A DNA stretch of 64,000 nucleotides, taken from positions 13,910 through 77,909 of the forward strand of contig CAIRNV010000316.1 in assembly GCA_903880005.1 (NCBI GenBank), in the 5' to 3' direction. Both the position numbers and the translations under genes were made by a program. Origin of the DNA: an uncultured Verrucomicrobiota bacterium. GTDB taxonomy: Bacteria > Verrucomicrobiota > Verrucomicrobiia > Limisphaerales > UBA9464. Below the pieces are notes generated by a model. That model saw only the letters and a program-made list of their open reading frames with translations. It was not told the DNA's origin and ran no database searches. The first letter of the stretch is position 1, and each line of letters starts with the position of its first letter. Positions 1 through 9,721 of the stretch are shown one piece after another.

Positions 1-221
1 GCGCCTTGCTCCGGCGTGCCGCCCGTCCCGAGACCCTCGTCGCCGAGTGCATGGAGCGCTGGCGGGACTCGCAGGGACGCCATCCACGGGTCGGGCCACG
101 CCGCGTCGCCGAGGCGCAGGACGTCCTCGACATCGAGATGGAACGCCCGCCCAAGGAACGAAACCCCGTCCAGGCCTACCGCCGCATCGCGGCCATCCTT
201 CATCACCGAACCCACCGCTGA
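1..221 (+). CDS. C-terminal end of an unidentified upstream gene (partial at window edge)
   Basis: The frame is open from the window edge to TGA at 219-221, with strong G/C at third codon positions. It ends 5 nt before the MoxR start. No motif recognised. Confidence 0.3.
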   Translation, partial: ALLRRAARPETLVAECMERWRDSQGRHPRVGPRRVAEAQDVLDIEMERPPKERNPVQAYRRIAAILHHRTHR

Positions 222-226
222 CCGCC

Positions 227-1192
<966 letters not shown>

Positions 1193-1198
1193 CCAACC

Positions 1199-2581
1199 AT
1201 GCCCGTCCCGTCGCCACGCCTGCTGGGTCTTGCAGGACTCGTGCTCCTTCCGGCCCTGACGTTGGCCGGGGTGATGCCCGACGCCGGCGGATGGCTCGCG
1301 CTCGGGCTCGTCGCCATCGCCGTCGCCGTCATCGACGCCCTGCTCGGATGGCCCCGCATCGCCGCCATCGGGGCCCAATGCCCGCCCGTGTCGCGCCTGA
1401 CCACGGGACGCCACGGTCGCCTCCGGGTCCGCCTGCTCCACGAGGGCCGGCGCCCGCCCTCCTTGCGCATGGCATTGTCCCTGCCGGACGCCGTGCACTC
1501 CCACCCGCCCGAGCAAACGCTGGCCTTGCCGGATGCCCCGGCAAGCCTCGTGGACTGGACCCTCACCCCCACGATGCGCGGGCGCTTCGGCGTCACGCAC
1601 CTGCACGTCGAGGCCCCCTCGCCCCTGGGCCTATGGCACCTGCGCCGGTCCCTGCCATTGGCGGCCGAGCTGCGCGCGCAGCCCAACCTCGGCGACGCCT
1701 TGCATGCCAACGCCGCCTTCCTCGCCCACGCCCTCGCCGGCCAACGCCTCGTCCGTCAGGCCGGCAAGGGGCGCGAGTTCGAGAAGCTGAGGGACTACGT
1801 CGCCGGCGATCCGGTGGACGACATCCATTGGCGCGCCACCGCCAAGCGCGGCCATCCCGTGTCCAAGGTGTTCCAGGTCGAGCGCACCCAGGAGGTGTAC
1901 GTCATCCTCGATGCCTCCCGGCTCTCCCGTCGCGTCCTCGGCCCGCGCGCATCGCACGCACCGCGTGCACCGCAAGCATCCGATGCCGCAAGCCCCGACG
2001 CCGGCCCGCAGAACGAGCCGCTCATCGAGCACTTCATCCAGTCCGCGCTCCTCCTGGGAGCCGTCGCCGAGCGCCACGGCGACCTCTTCGGCCTGGCCAC
2101 GTTCGACGCGCGCGTCGGGTCGTTCGTCCGCGCCGACCGCGGCCCGTCACACTTCAACGCCTGTCGCGAGCGCCTCGTCACGCTCGAAGCCCGGCCCGTC
2201 ACGCCCGACTTCGACGAGGTGGCCTCGTTCCTCCGCGTCCGGCTGCGGCGACGGGCCCTGCTGCTCTTCCTGGCGAACCTGGACGATCCCGTGGCGGCGG
2301 ACGGCTTCACCCGGGCCGTGGAGGTCCTGCGACGCCAGCACCTCTGCGTCGTGGTCCAGCCCAAGGCGCCCGGGGTCGAGCCCGTCTTCTCCAACGACCG
2401 CGTCGCCACGCAGGACGACGTCGTCCACGCCCTGGCGGGACACATGCAATGGGAGGGCTTGCGCGAGCTGCACGCCATCCTCCACGCCCGGGGCGTCGCC
2501 ATGGCGTCGGCCCCGCCCGAGTCGATCGCCGCGGCCCTCGTGGAGCGCTACCTCAACGTGAAGCGTCGCCAATCCCTCTGA
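1199..2581 (+). CDS. DUF58 domain protein (vWA-like partner of MoxR)
   Basis: 460 aa with hydrophobic N-terminal helices. DUF58 signature REFEKLRDYVAGDPVDDIHWRATAKRGHPVSKVF followed by VYVILDASR. Starts 7 nt after the MoxR stop. Confidence 0.85.
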   Translation: MPVPSPRLLGLAGLVLLPALTLAGVMPDAGGWLALGLVAIAVAVIDALLGWPRIAAIGAQCPPVSRLTTGRHGRLRVRLLHEGRRPPSLRMALSLPDAVHSHPPEQTLALPDAPASLVDWTLTPTMRGRFGVTHLHVEAPSPLGLWHLRRSLPLAAELRAQPNLGDALHANAAFLAHALAGQRLVRQAGKGREFEKLRDYVAGDPVDDIHWRATAKRGHPVSKVFQVERTQEVYVILDASRLSRRVLGPRASHAPRAPQASDAASPDAGPQNEPLIEHFIQSALLLGAVAERHGDLFGLATFDARVGSFVRADRGPSHFNACRERLVTLEARPVTPDFDEVASFLRVRLRRRALLLFLANLDDPVAADGFTRAVEVLRRQHLCVVVQPKAPGVEPVFSNDRVATQDDVVHALAGHMQWEGLRELHAILHARGVAMASAPPESIAAALVERYLNVKRRQSL

Positions 2582-2587
2582 ACGCGC

Positions 2588-3598
2588 ATGATCCTCGACC
2601 TCCAACGATTCCTCGCCCAGGAACGCCCTCACTGGGAGGCCCTGGATGCCATGCTGCACCACCTCGCCAACGGGGGAACCCTCGGGCTCGAGGACGCGCG
2701 CCGGCTGCATCGGCTGCATGAACGGGCCGTCGCCGACCTCGCCAAGCTCGCGACGTTCGCGGCCGAGCCCGAGTCACGCCGCACGCTCGAGGCCCTCGTG
2801 GCCCGTTCCTACGCCGAGATCCACTCCGTGGAGGCCGGCGCGCAACCCCGATGGAACCCATGGCGTTGGTTCACCCAATCCTTTCCCAAGGCGTTCCGAC
2901 GCCACGCGTCCGCCTTCGTCGTGGCCCTCGCCTCATCGGTGCTTGGCGTCGGCTTCGGCGCGGCGGTCACCATGGCGGATCCCGACTCGCGCCACATCAC
3001 GATGCCTTTCGGCCACGCCGACATGCGTCCGTCGGAGCGCGTGCGACGGGACGAGGCGGCCGGGGACTCCGCCGCCGTCCACGACATGCATGCCTCGTTC
3101 TCCGGCATGCTCATGACCCACAACACCCAGGTCTCGATCCTCGCCACCTCCCTCGGCATGACATGGGGCCTCGGGACCCTCGTCATCCTCTTCTACAACG
3201 GGGTCGGGCTGGGGGCGATCGGGGTGGACTACATCGTGGACGGCCAGGGACCATTCCTCGCTGGTTGGATCCTGCCGCATGGCTCCGTCGAGCTGCCGGC
3301 CATCCTCATCGCGGGCCAGGCCGGTCTCGTCCTCGCCCACGCGATGCTCGGCCGTGGCTCCCGCCTCCCGTTCGGCCGCAGAATCCGGGCCGTCGCCCCG
3401 GACGTCGCCACGCTTCTCGGCGGCGTCGCCTTGCTGCTGGTGCACGCCGGCGTGGTCGAGGCGTTCCTGTCCCAATACCACGAGCCCGTGATCCCCTACG
3501 CTTTCAAGATTGCCTTTGGCATCCTCCAGGGCACCGGCCTCGCCGCCTTCCTCCTCCTGTCCGGCCGCACCGGCACGGAGTCACCGGACCAGCCATGA
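2588..3598 (+). CDS. Integral membrane protein, SpoIIM-like (DUF95) - tentative family
   Basis: 336 aa: a soluble ~100-aa N-terminus followed by several hydrophobic helices (VSILATSLGMTWGLGTLVILFYNGVGLGAIG, GSVELPAILIAGQAGLVLA). Starts 7 nt after the DUF58 stop. The family name is from memory of the pattern. Confidence 0.55.
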   Translation: MILDLQRFLAQERPHWEALDAMLHHLANGGTLGLEDARRLHRLHERAVADLAKLATFAAEPESRRTLEALVARSYAEIHSVEAGAQPRWNPWRWFTQSFPKAFRRHASAFVVALASSVLGVGFGAAVTMADPDSRHITMPFGHADMRPSERVRRDEAAGDSAAVHDMHASFSGMLMTHNTQVSILATSLGMTWGLGTLVILFYNGVGLGAIGVDYIVDGQGPFLAGWILPHGSVELPAILIAGQAGLVLAHAMLGRGSRLPFGRRIRAVAPDVATLLGGVALLLVHAGVVEAFLSQYHEPVIPYAFKIAFGILQGTGLAAFLLLSGRTGTESPDQP

Positions 3599-4395
3599 CC
3601 CACCTGCGCATCCGCACCCCCGAGGGCGTCGAGTTCGCCCTGCCCTTGGCCGGCCCCGTCATCCGAGCCGCCGCCTACTTGATCGACGTCGCCATCGCCA
3701 TGGCCGCCACCTTCGTCCTGTCCATCCTGCTCTCGGTGGTGTCGCTCGCGTCCCGCGACCTCGCCTCGGGCCTCATCCAGGTCGGCTTCTTCGTCGTCCC
3801 CATCCTCCAGGGTGTCCTCCTGGAATGGTTCTGGAACGGGCAAACCCTCGGCAAGCGCGCCCTCAAGATTCGCGTCGTCGATGCCGAGGGCCTCCGGCTG
3901 CGGCCCCATCAAGTCGTGCTTCGCAACCTGCTTCGGGCCATCGACTTCCTCCCGGCTTTCTACCTCGTTGGCGGGGCCGCCACCCTCCTCACCCGCTCCG
4001 GCCAACGCCTCGGTGACGTCGCCGCCCGCACCGTCGTCGTCCGCATCCCCAGCCCCGTGTCCCCCAACCTCGATCCCATCCTGGGCCATCGGTTCAACTC
4101 CCTCCGTTCCCATCCGCACCTCGCCGCGCGCCTTCGCCAGTCCATCAATGCCCAGGAGGCGGGCGTCGCACTCGCCGCGCTCGCCCGTCGCGATCAACTC
4201 GATCCCGCGGACCGCGTTCGCCTCTTCGCCGAGATCGCCTCCGGTTTCCGCGAACGCGTCCCCTTTCCATCCGACATCGACGAGGCCCTCGCCGACGAGG
4301 CCTTTGTCCGAAACGTCGTGGAACTCCTTTATCGCCCCTCCGGCACCCTCGCCGATGCACCCCAAGACGGGATGAGTCGGTTGGGAGGGAGGTGA
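3595..4395 (+). CDS. RDD family membrane protein
   Basis: ATG 3595 overlaps the previous stop (ATGA at 3595-3598). RDD-type blocks: AAYLIDVAIAM, WNGQTLGKRALKIRVVD, RNLLRAIDFLP, GQRLGDVAARTVVV. The last ~9 codons and the stop lie inside repeat copy A1. Confidence 0.75.
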   Translation: MTHLRIRTPEGVEFALPLAGPVIRAAAYLIDVAIAMAATFVLSILLSVVSLASRDLASGLIQVGFFVVPILQGVLLEWFWNGQTLGKRALKIRVVDAEGLRLRPHQVVLRNLLRAIDFLPAFYLVGGAATLLTRSGQRLGDVAARTVVVRIPSPVSPNLDPILGHRFNSLRSHPHLAARLRQSINAQEAGVALAALARRDQLDPADRVRLFAEIASGFRERVPFPSDIDEALADEAFVRNVVELLYRPSGTLADAPQDGMSRLGGR

Positions 4396-4514
4396 TTGCG
4401 AAGCGGATGCGCCCGCAGGCCAAGGAGTGGTCACGGCGCGGAATGACGCCCGAACGACGAGGGGTTCGCGCAGGCAGATCGAGGGGCACGACCCGTCCCA
4501 GTGAAGGGTCGCGG
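4368..4514 (+). repeat. Palindromic intergenic element family A, copy A1
   Basis: Shares gttgggagggaggtgattgcgaagcggatgc, and later gcacgaccc...gggtc, with the other family A copies in the same order. Ends are approximate. Confidence 0.6.
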
Positions 4515-4582
4515 ATACGTTCATCCGCCGCCATCAAGCCAAAATGTCAATACTTTAGATGTGACCCCATTGCCTGGGGCGG

Positions 4583-7500
4583 TCAGGGCGTCTGCACCGT
4601 GAGGTGGCCGCCCGCCGCGTTGCCCAGCTCGCGCACACCGACCGAGACATTCGGCGGCGCTCCCTTGTTCTGGGCGCTCACCAACAACACGTGCCGCCCC
4701 GCGCCCAGCCTCATGGGCAAGCGCTTCGGCGACCATGACTCACGGCCCAGCCTCAGGTCCGGACGCTCCTCGCCATCAAGGTAGAACTGGATGTCATGCG
4801 AGTTCCCAGGCCCGTCGAAGTGAACGGTGAACTCCACCCATGCGTCGATCTCGCACGCGATCACGCTCGCCGCATAGGCCGCCACCACCTCGTCCTTCGC
4901 CACGCCCGCCGGCACCTCCACAAGCCGCGACCAATCGAGCGTCGTCATGCCTTCAACCCTCCTCCACGAACGCTCCCCTCCCCCGAGCTTCACAGGCGCC
5001 GAGAAGTCCCACTCGGCCGGGCGTCTCGCAGCGAAAGAAGGCGGGGGCGCGGATGCAATCTCGTCGAACGTCCACGTGCGGTTCTTGTGCCGGCCCCTCA
5101 GCTCGGGCCCAACGACCCGCCACGCGCCGACCGCGCCCGTTCCCGCCGTCATCAGGACGTCCCATTCCAGCGAGGCGGAACCCCTGTCCACGCGGACTCG
5201 CGCCGGGAACGAGTACGCACCCCACGACCCAGCGGGCACCCGGACGCGGAGCGACGTCGTTGCCGTGGACCGTGGCGGCACCGTCACCGGTTCCAGGGCG
5301 TTCCCCTCCCATCCGCGAGGCCAACGCGGATCGATCCGCAACGTCCACGGCTGGTCGCCCTCGTTGGCCAAGGTGAGGTCCAGGGTTCCGTCGCCCCCCT
5401 GCACGCGTTCCAACACGGGGAAGAGCGTGCCGCCGCCGGTCGGCGTGATGCTCGCACCCACCAACAGCCTCGCGATGTCGGGGTGGTGCGGCGCTGGGAC
5501 CCTTTGCGCGACGGCCTCGAAGGCGATCTGCTGGAAGGCCTGCCACTCGCCCGTGGATCCCGGCCCACCCGCCACGCGGGCGGCCTCGCCCCGCAGGGCA
5601 TCCAGGTCCACGACGCCCTCCAACGACAACCGCCGCATCACGCCGCCGAAGGCGTCGAATGCGTAGCGCGTCCGTTCCTCCCCCTCGATCCAGGCGTCCG
5701 CCACGCCCGGCCCCGACAACGGCAAACGCACCCGTTCCATCTGGTTGCCCCGCAGCAGCACGCCCGCCGAACGCCCGCCCACGAACAATCCTTCCGCAGC
5801 GTCGGACACGTGGTTGCCCTCGATCACGATGTCCTCCGCCCGAAGCGTGGGGAAGCTGCCGCCCGTCCAGAGCCGGATGGAACCCGAGCGCACGTGATTT
5901 CCCCGAAGGACGGCCGCCGTCATGAGGCACGGCGACGGATCCTCCCCGGGCGGGTCGCCGCCAATCAGCTCGAGCGCGTTGCCGCCGGACTGGAACCGCC
6001 GCGCATCGAGCCGCGCGCCCCCCGCGCGGTTGCCCAGCATCTGGCAAAAGTAGGAGGGCTCGGTGCCCTCCAAGCCCTCGACGTGCTGGAACCCGATGAA
6101 GCGCAGGCTTGCCTCCTCGCTGCCGCCCACGCGCTCCAGCTCGTTCTCGGCAAACACGACCTCGTGGCTGAGCCCATACATCTGCATCGAGTTGCCGTCC
6201 GCGAACCGGTTCCCGACGACCAGCCACTGCCGAAGGCTGTGGTTGATCCCCACCACGGACGTCGCGTCCAACGGGATGTCCCACGGATGATCGACCTCGA
6301 CGCTCGACTCGGACGCATCCACGACCCAACGGGCCTGGCCACGTCCCTTGCCCTTCAGGACGAACACAAGATGTCCGCCGGGCTCCCAGTTCCAACGCCG
6401 GGGCGGCTTCGCCAGCGTCAGCCGCACGCCTTCCGACCGCGCGACCGCCCCGTAGTACACGGGCGAGGAACCGTCGGACCCGAAGATCTCGTAGTCGGCC
6501 GTCTGGGAGAACGCGACCGTGTTGCCGCGCACGTAGTTCTGGTCGTAGTAGGGATTGGCCTTGGTGCTCCACCCGGCGCGGCTCGTCTCGCCCCCCAGCA
6601 TCCGGTTGTTCTCCCAGATGCACTGGTGCCCCCGCGCCGCCCACACCAACCCGCCGCTCCCGATGTGCAGCGTGTTGTTCCGCACGACGCTGCCATCGGA
6701 GAAGAAGCTGAACAGCAACGGGAAGCCCCCCGACATGATGTCGCAGTCCTCGATGCGAATGTCCCGCCCGCAGAGCCACACCGCGACGCCCTTCCCCGCC
6801 GAGTCGAGCGAGGGCGCATTCAGCTTGCGGTACAACGCAAGCCGGTCGTCGAGCTGGCCCCAGCCCGGTCGCCCCACGTAGGGCTGCCAACGAACCACCA
6901 CCCCGCGCAGGACGATGTCCCCCTCCTGCCAATGCGCCGGGCGATTCTCCAGGCTGTACAACGCGTTGCCACCCCCCGGCCGGCGGTCTGTCTCCGCCAT
7001 GTTGTTGATCCCGTACTGCGCCCCCACGTACCACACCGTCAACTTCTCCAGCCCGAAGTGGCACTCGCCCCGGATCACGCCCCGCATCGGCTCGAAGTGC
7101 GGGTTGGTCCAGTACAACAACGTCGCCTCCGCCCCCGCCCCCCGCACCAACACGCGCCTCGGGATGAACAGCGTGCGCGAGAATCGATACTCCCCCGGCG
7201 GCAGGTACACGATGCCCCCGCCCTCGCGCCCCACGCGGTCGAGGACGCCTTGCACCGCATCCGTGTCGTCCGCCTTCCCGTCGCCCAGCGCCCCCTCGCG
7301 CAAGACGTTGTGCAGGGTCGTCGGCCAGGGCTCGGCGGGCCGAACCGTGAGCCGTTGCGGGCATCGCCCCCAACCCGACGGCCCGCCGCAGCCATTGTGC
7401 ACCCAGACCTCGTACTCCCCCGGCGCGACGTCCGTTGGAAGCGTTGCCCGGGCCGAGTACAGGTCCGCCTCCGTCGCCATCAACTCGACCGTCGCGGGCC

Positions 7501-8104
7501 CCCTGAGCACCAGGCGCGTCCGGGGCGACCCGGGCGGCTCGCCCGCCAACGCCTCCCGCACCCCCGCCCAGCCCAGCCCAAGCCCGAACACGCGGATCCC
7601 CCCGCCCGGCTCCGCCACGAGCTTGTCCGCACCGCGCGCCCACCAGACCTCCGGCGCGTTGACCCGCACCTCCTGCTCCCGATCCCCCGACTTCACCCTC
7701 AAGGCAAAGACTCCCGGAGCCCGGTCCGTTGGCACCACGACCTTCGCCGCATGTCTCCGGGGCTGGATTACCGTCCAGGCATCGCCGTCGTCGCCGCGGG
7801 GCAGATCGCCGGGCGAACCCGGCAAACCCGGCGGCTCATCCGCGAGCCGGCGCCCGCGAACCGTCGTCCCCTCGAGGCCATCCCCGTACAACAGAACCGT
7901 CTGTCCGGGCTTCACGGGTTGCGAATGCCAGATCACCAGCCCCCGACGACTCGGTGCCGATACGGGCGACGAGGACCCATCCGCCGTGGGCGTGCCGGCC
8001 ACGTCTGCTCCCCATGCCCGGCACCACACCCAGGATACCAGCACGCACAGCAGCCATGGATGCCCCACATGACAGCGCCGGAATCGCCCCTGGCCAACCT
8101 TCAT
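4583..8104 (-). CDS. Secreted right-handed beta-helix protein (pectate-lyase-superfamily / glycoside-hydrolase-like)
   Basis: 1173 aa from ATG 8104 (MKVGQGRFRRCHVGHPWLLCVLVSWVWCRAWG signal-like N-terminus). Pectate_lyase_3-like block GDGKADDTDAVQGVLDRVGREGGGIVYLPPGEYRF. Repeated beta-helix turns include VVGNRFADGN, LRGNHVRSGS, IEGNHVSDAA and LRGNQMERV. Confidence 0.7.
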   Translation of the reverse strand: MKVGQGRFRRCHVGHPWLLCVLVSWVWCRAWGADVAGTPTADGSSSPVSAPSRRGLVIWHSQPVKPGQTVLLYGDGLEGTTVRGRRLADEPPGLPGSPGDLPRGDDGDAWTVIQPRRHAAKVVVPTDRAPGVFALRVKSGDREQEVRVNAPEVWWARGADKLVAEPGGGIRVFGLGLGWAGVREALAGEPPGSPRTRLVLRGPATVELMATEADLYSARATLPTDVAPGEYEVWVHNGCGGPSGWGRCPQRLTVRPAEPWPTTLHNVLREGALGDGKADDTDAVQGVLDRVGREGGGIVYLPPGEYRFSRTLFIPRRVLVRGAGAEATLLYWTNPHFEPMRGVIRGECHFGLEKLTVWYVGAQYGINNMAETDRRPGGGNALYSLENRPAHWQEGDIVLRGVVVRWQPYVGRPGWGQLDDRLALYRKLNAPSLDSAGKGVAVWLCGRDIRIEDCDIMSGGFPLLFSFFSDGSVVRNNTLHIGSGGLVWAARGHQCIWENNRMLGGETSRAGWSTKANPYYDQNYVRGNTVAFSQTADYEIFGSDGSSPVYYGAVARSEGVRLTLAKPPRRWNWEPGGHLVFVLKGKGRGQARWVVDASESSVEVDHPWDIPLDATSVVGINHSLRQWLVVGNRFADGNSMQMYGLSHEVVFAENELERVGGSEEASLRFIGFQHVEGLEGTEPSYFCQMLGNRAGGARLDARRFQSGGNALELIGGDPPGEDPSPCLMTAAVLRGNHVRSGSIRLWTGGSFPTLRAEDIVIEGNHVSDAAEGLFVGGRSAGVLLRGNQMERVRLPLSGPGVADAWIEGEERTRYAFDAFGGVMRRLSLEGVVDLDALRGEAARVAGGPGSTGEWQAFQQIAFEAVAQRVPAPHHPDIARLLVGASITPTGGGTLFPVLERVQGGDGTLDLTLANEGDQPWTLRIDPRWPRGWEGNALEPVTVPPRSTATTSLRVRVPAGSWGAYSFPARVRVDRGSASLEWDVLMTAGTGAVGAWRVVGPELRGRHKNRTWTFDEIASAPPPSFAARRPAEWDFSAPVKLGGGERSWRRVEGMTTLDWSRLVEVPAGVAKDEVVAAYAASVIACEIDAWVEFTVHFDGPGNSHDIQFYLDGEERPDLRLGRESWSPKRLPMRLGAGRHVLLVSAQNKGAPPNVSVGVRELGNAAGGHLTVQTP

Positions 8105-8328
8105 GGGGGTCGATTGAGGGCGGAGCATGGCATGGGTGCAATCCCCCATTTCCTCGCTTCCAAATTCCCAGGCCCACGGGTCGCCCGGGACCTGTCTTTT
8201 GTGCATCCCGTCGAATGGGTTGCGTGGAGTCTTCGGTGCCGAGCCGGTCGCCGTCCTTGGCCTGAATCGCAACGGCGAAGCTGGGGAGGCTTGCAACCCG
8301 GTCGCGACCCCGGGAAAGCTCCCACCCC

Positions 8329-9459
8329 ATGCAGAACGTCATGCGAGTGGGGATCATCGGGGGTGGGTTGATGGGACGCGAGGCGGCGAGCGCCTTCGGG
8401 CGGTGGTTCGTCCTCGATCGGGAACGGGTCCCCGTGCGGGCCGAGTTGACGGCCGTGTGCGACTTGCAGCCCTCGCTCCTGGAATGGTTCAAGGGCGTGC
8501 CCGGCGTGCGGTTGCTGACCCGGGATCACCGTGAGTTGCTGGCGAGCCCGGATGTGGACGTGGTGTACGTCGCCGTCCCGCACAACCTGCACGAGTCGAT
8601 CTACGTGGACGTCCTGCGTGCGGGAAAGGATCTGCTGGCGGAAAAGCCTTTCGGCATTGACCTCGGCGCGGCCGAGCGGATTGCCCACGAGGCCCGGGTT
8701 TCCGGGCGCTTTGTGCGTTGCAGCTCGGAGTTCCCCTTCCTGCCCGGGGCCCAGCGGGTGTTCGAGACCGCGCGGAGCGGCCGCTTGGGAACGTTGCTGG
8801 AGGTTCGTTCCTGCTTCTGGCACGCCAGCGACTTGGATCCCAGCAAGCCCGCGAACTGGAAGCGCCAGGTGCGGACCTGCGGCGAGATTGGTGTCATGGG
8901 CGACCTGGGGATGCACGTGGTCCACGTGCCCTTCCGCCTGGGATGGAAGCCCGTGCGGGTCTATGGGCAGTTGCAAAAGATCTACGGGGAACGTCCCGAC
9001 GGTAAGGGCGGCATGGCGGTGTGCGACACGTGGGACAATGCGATGCTGCACACCGACGTCCTCGTGGAGGGCCGTGAGGTTCCCGTGCGGTTCGAGATGA
9101 AGCGCCTGGCGCCGGGAGCCACCAATACCTGGTCCCTTGAGGTTCTCGGGACGGAGGGCGGCGCGCGATTCTCCACGGCGGAGCCCAAGACCTACTGGGA
9201 GTTCCAGCGGGGGAAGGAGCAGGCCTGGTCCAGGATCGACCTGGGCTTTGCCAGCGTCTTTCCAACCATCACGGGGGGAATCTTTGAACCGGGCTTCCCC
9301 GATTGCTTCCAACAAATGTGGGCGGCGTTCGCGGTGGAGAGGGCGGGCTTGCTCGGCTCCAGGTTTGGGTGCGTAACCCCAGACGAGGCGGTGGCCAGCC
9401 ACCAGCTTTTCTCGGCGGCGCTGCGCTCGCATGAAGCAAAAGCAGCGGTTGCCTTGTGA
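8329..9459 (+). CDS. Gfo/Idh/MocA family oxidoreductase
   Basis: 376 aa. N-terminal Rossmann motif MRVGIIGGGLMGREAA, then VVYVAVPHNLH and LLAEKPF blocks typical of the family. An alternative start at 8341 is possible. Confidence 0.85.
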   Translation: MQNVMRVGIIGGGLMGREAASAFGRWFVLDRERVPVRAELTAVCDLQPSLLEWFKGVPGVRLLTRDHRELLASPDVDVVYVAVPHNLHESIYVDVLRAGKDLLAEKPFGIDLGAAERIAHEARVSGRFVRCSSEFPFLPGAQRVFETARSGRLGTLLEVRSCFWHASDLDPSKPANWKRQVRTCGEIGVMGDLGMHVVHVPFRLGWKPVRVYGQLQKIYGERPDGKGGMAVCDTWDNAMLHTDVLVEGREVPVRFEMKRLAPGATNTWSLEVLGTEGGARFSTAEPKTYWEFQRGKEQAWSRIDLGFASVFPTITGGIFEPGFPDCFQQMWAAFAVERAGLLGSRFGCVTPDEAVASHQLFSAALRSHEAKAAVAL

Positions 9460-9721
9460 GCAACCGCCGCCAGTTCGCCGTCAGGAAAAGCCCGCCCCCC
9501 GCGAAAACAGGGCCCCCAAAGAGAGTAGCATTGAGGGGTTCCCCATAACCGCACAGCTAGGGCATGGCTCTCCCAACTTCCTGCTAGTGAGCTTGAGGCG
9601 TGCCAATTCGTCAACCAGCGGTTGCGCCCCCTTCCTATCCCTATCCCTCCAGAGCCTTCCCGCCCGGCCCGGAGTTCAAGCCCCCGCAACAAACCATCCG
9701 CCCCGACGTCTCCGCCCCGGG

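Noticed and set aside
4796-8371. 1191-aa + strand ORF, plus the 896-aa - strand ORF at 4953-7643, overlapping the beta-helix gene
   Set aside because: One is antisense and the other off-frame to a gene with clear beta-helix motifs. Their translations are Arg/Pro/His/Gly-rich with no motifs. They are typical stop-poor shadow ORFs of GC-rich DNA.
9445-9467. Hairpin gcggttgc-cttgtga-gcaaccgc at the end of the Gfo/Idh/MocA gene as an intrinsic terminator
   Set aside because: The stem is only 8 bp, it overlaps the stop codon, and no U-tract follows. The evidence is too weak to annotate.
9460-9721. 260-bp convergent spacer with a locally lower-GC segment, considered as a small RNA gene
   Set aside because: I could recognise no conserved RNA motif, promoter or terminator, and I cannot evaluate covariation without homologues.
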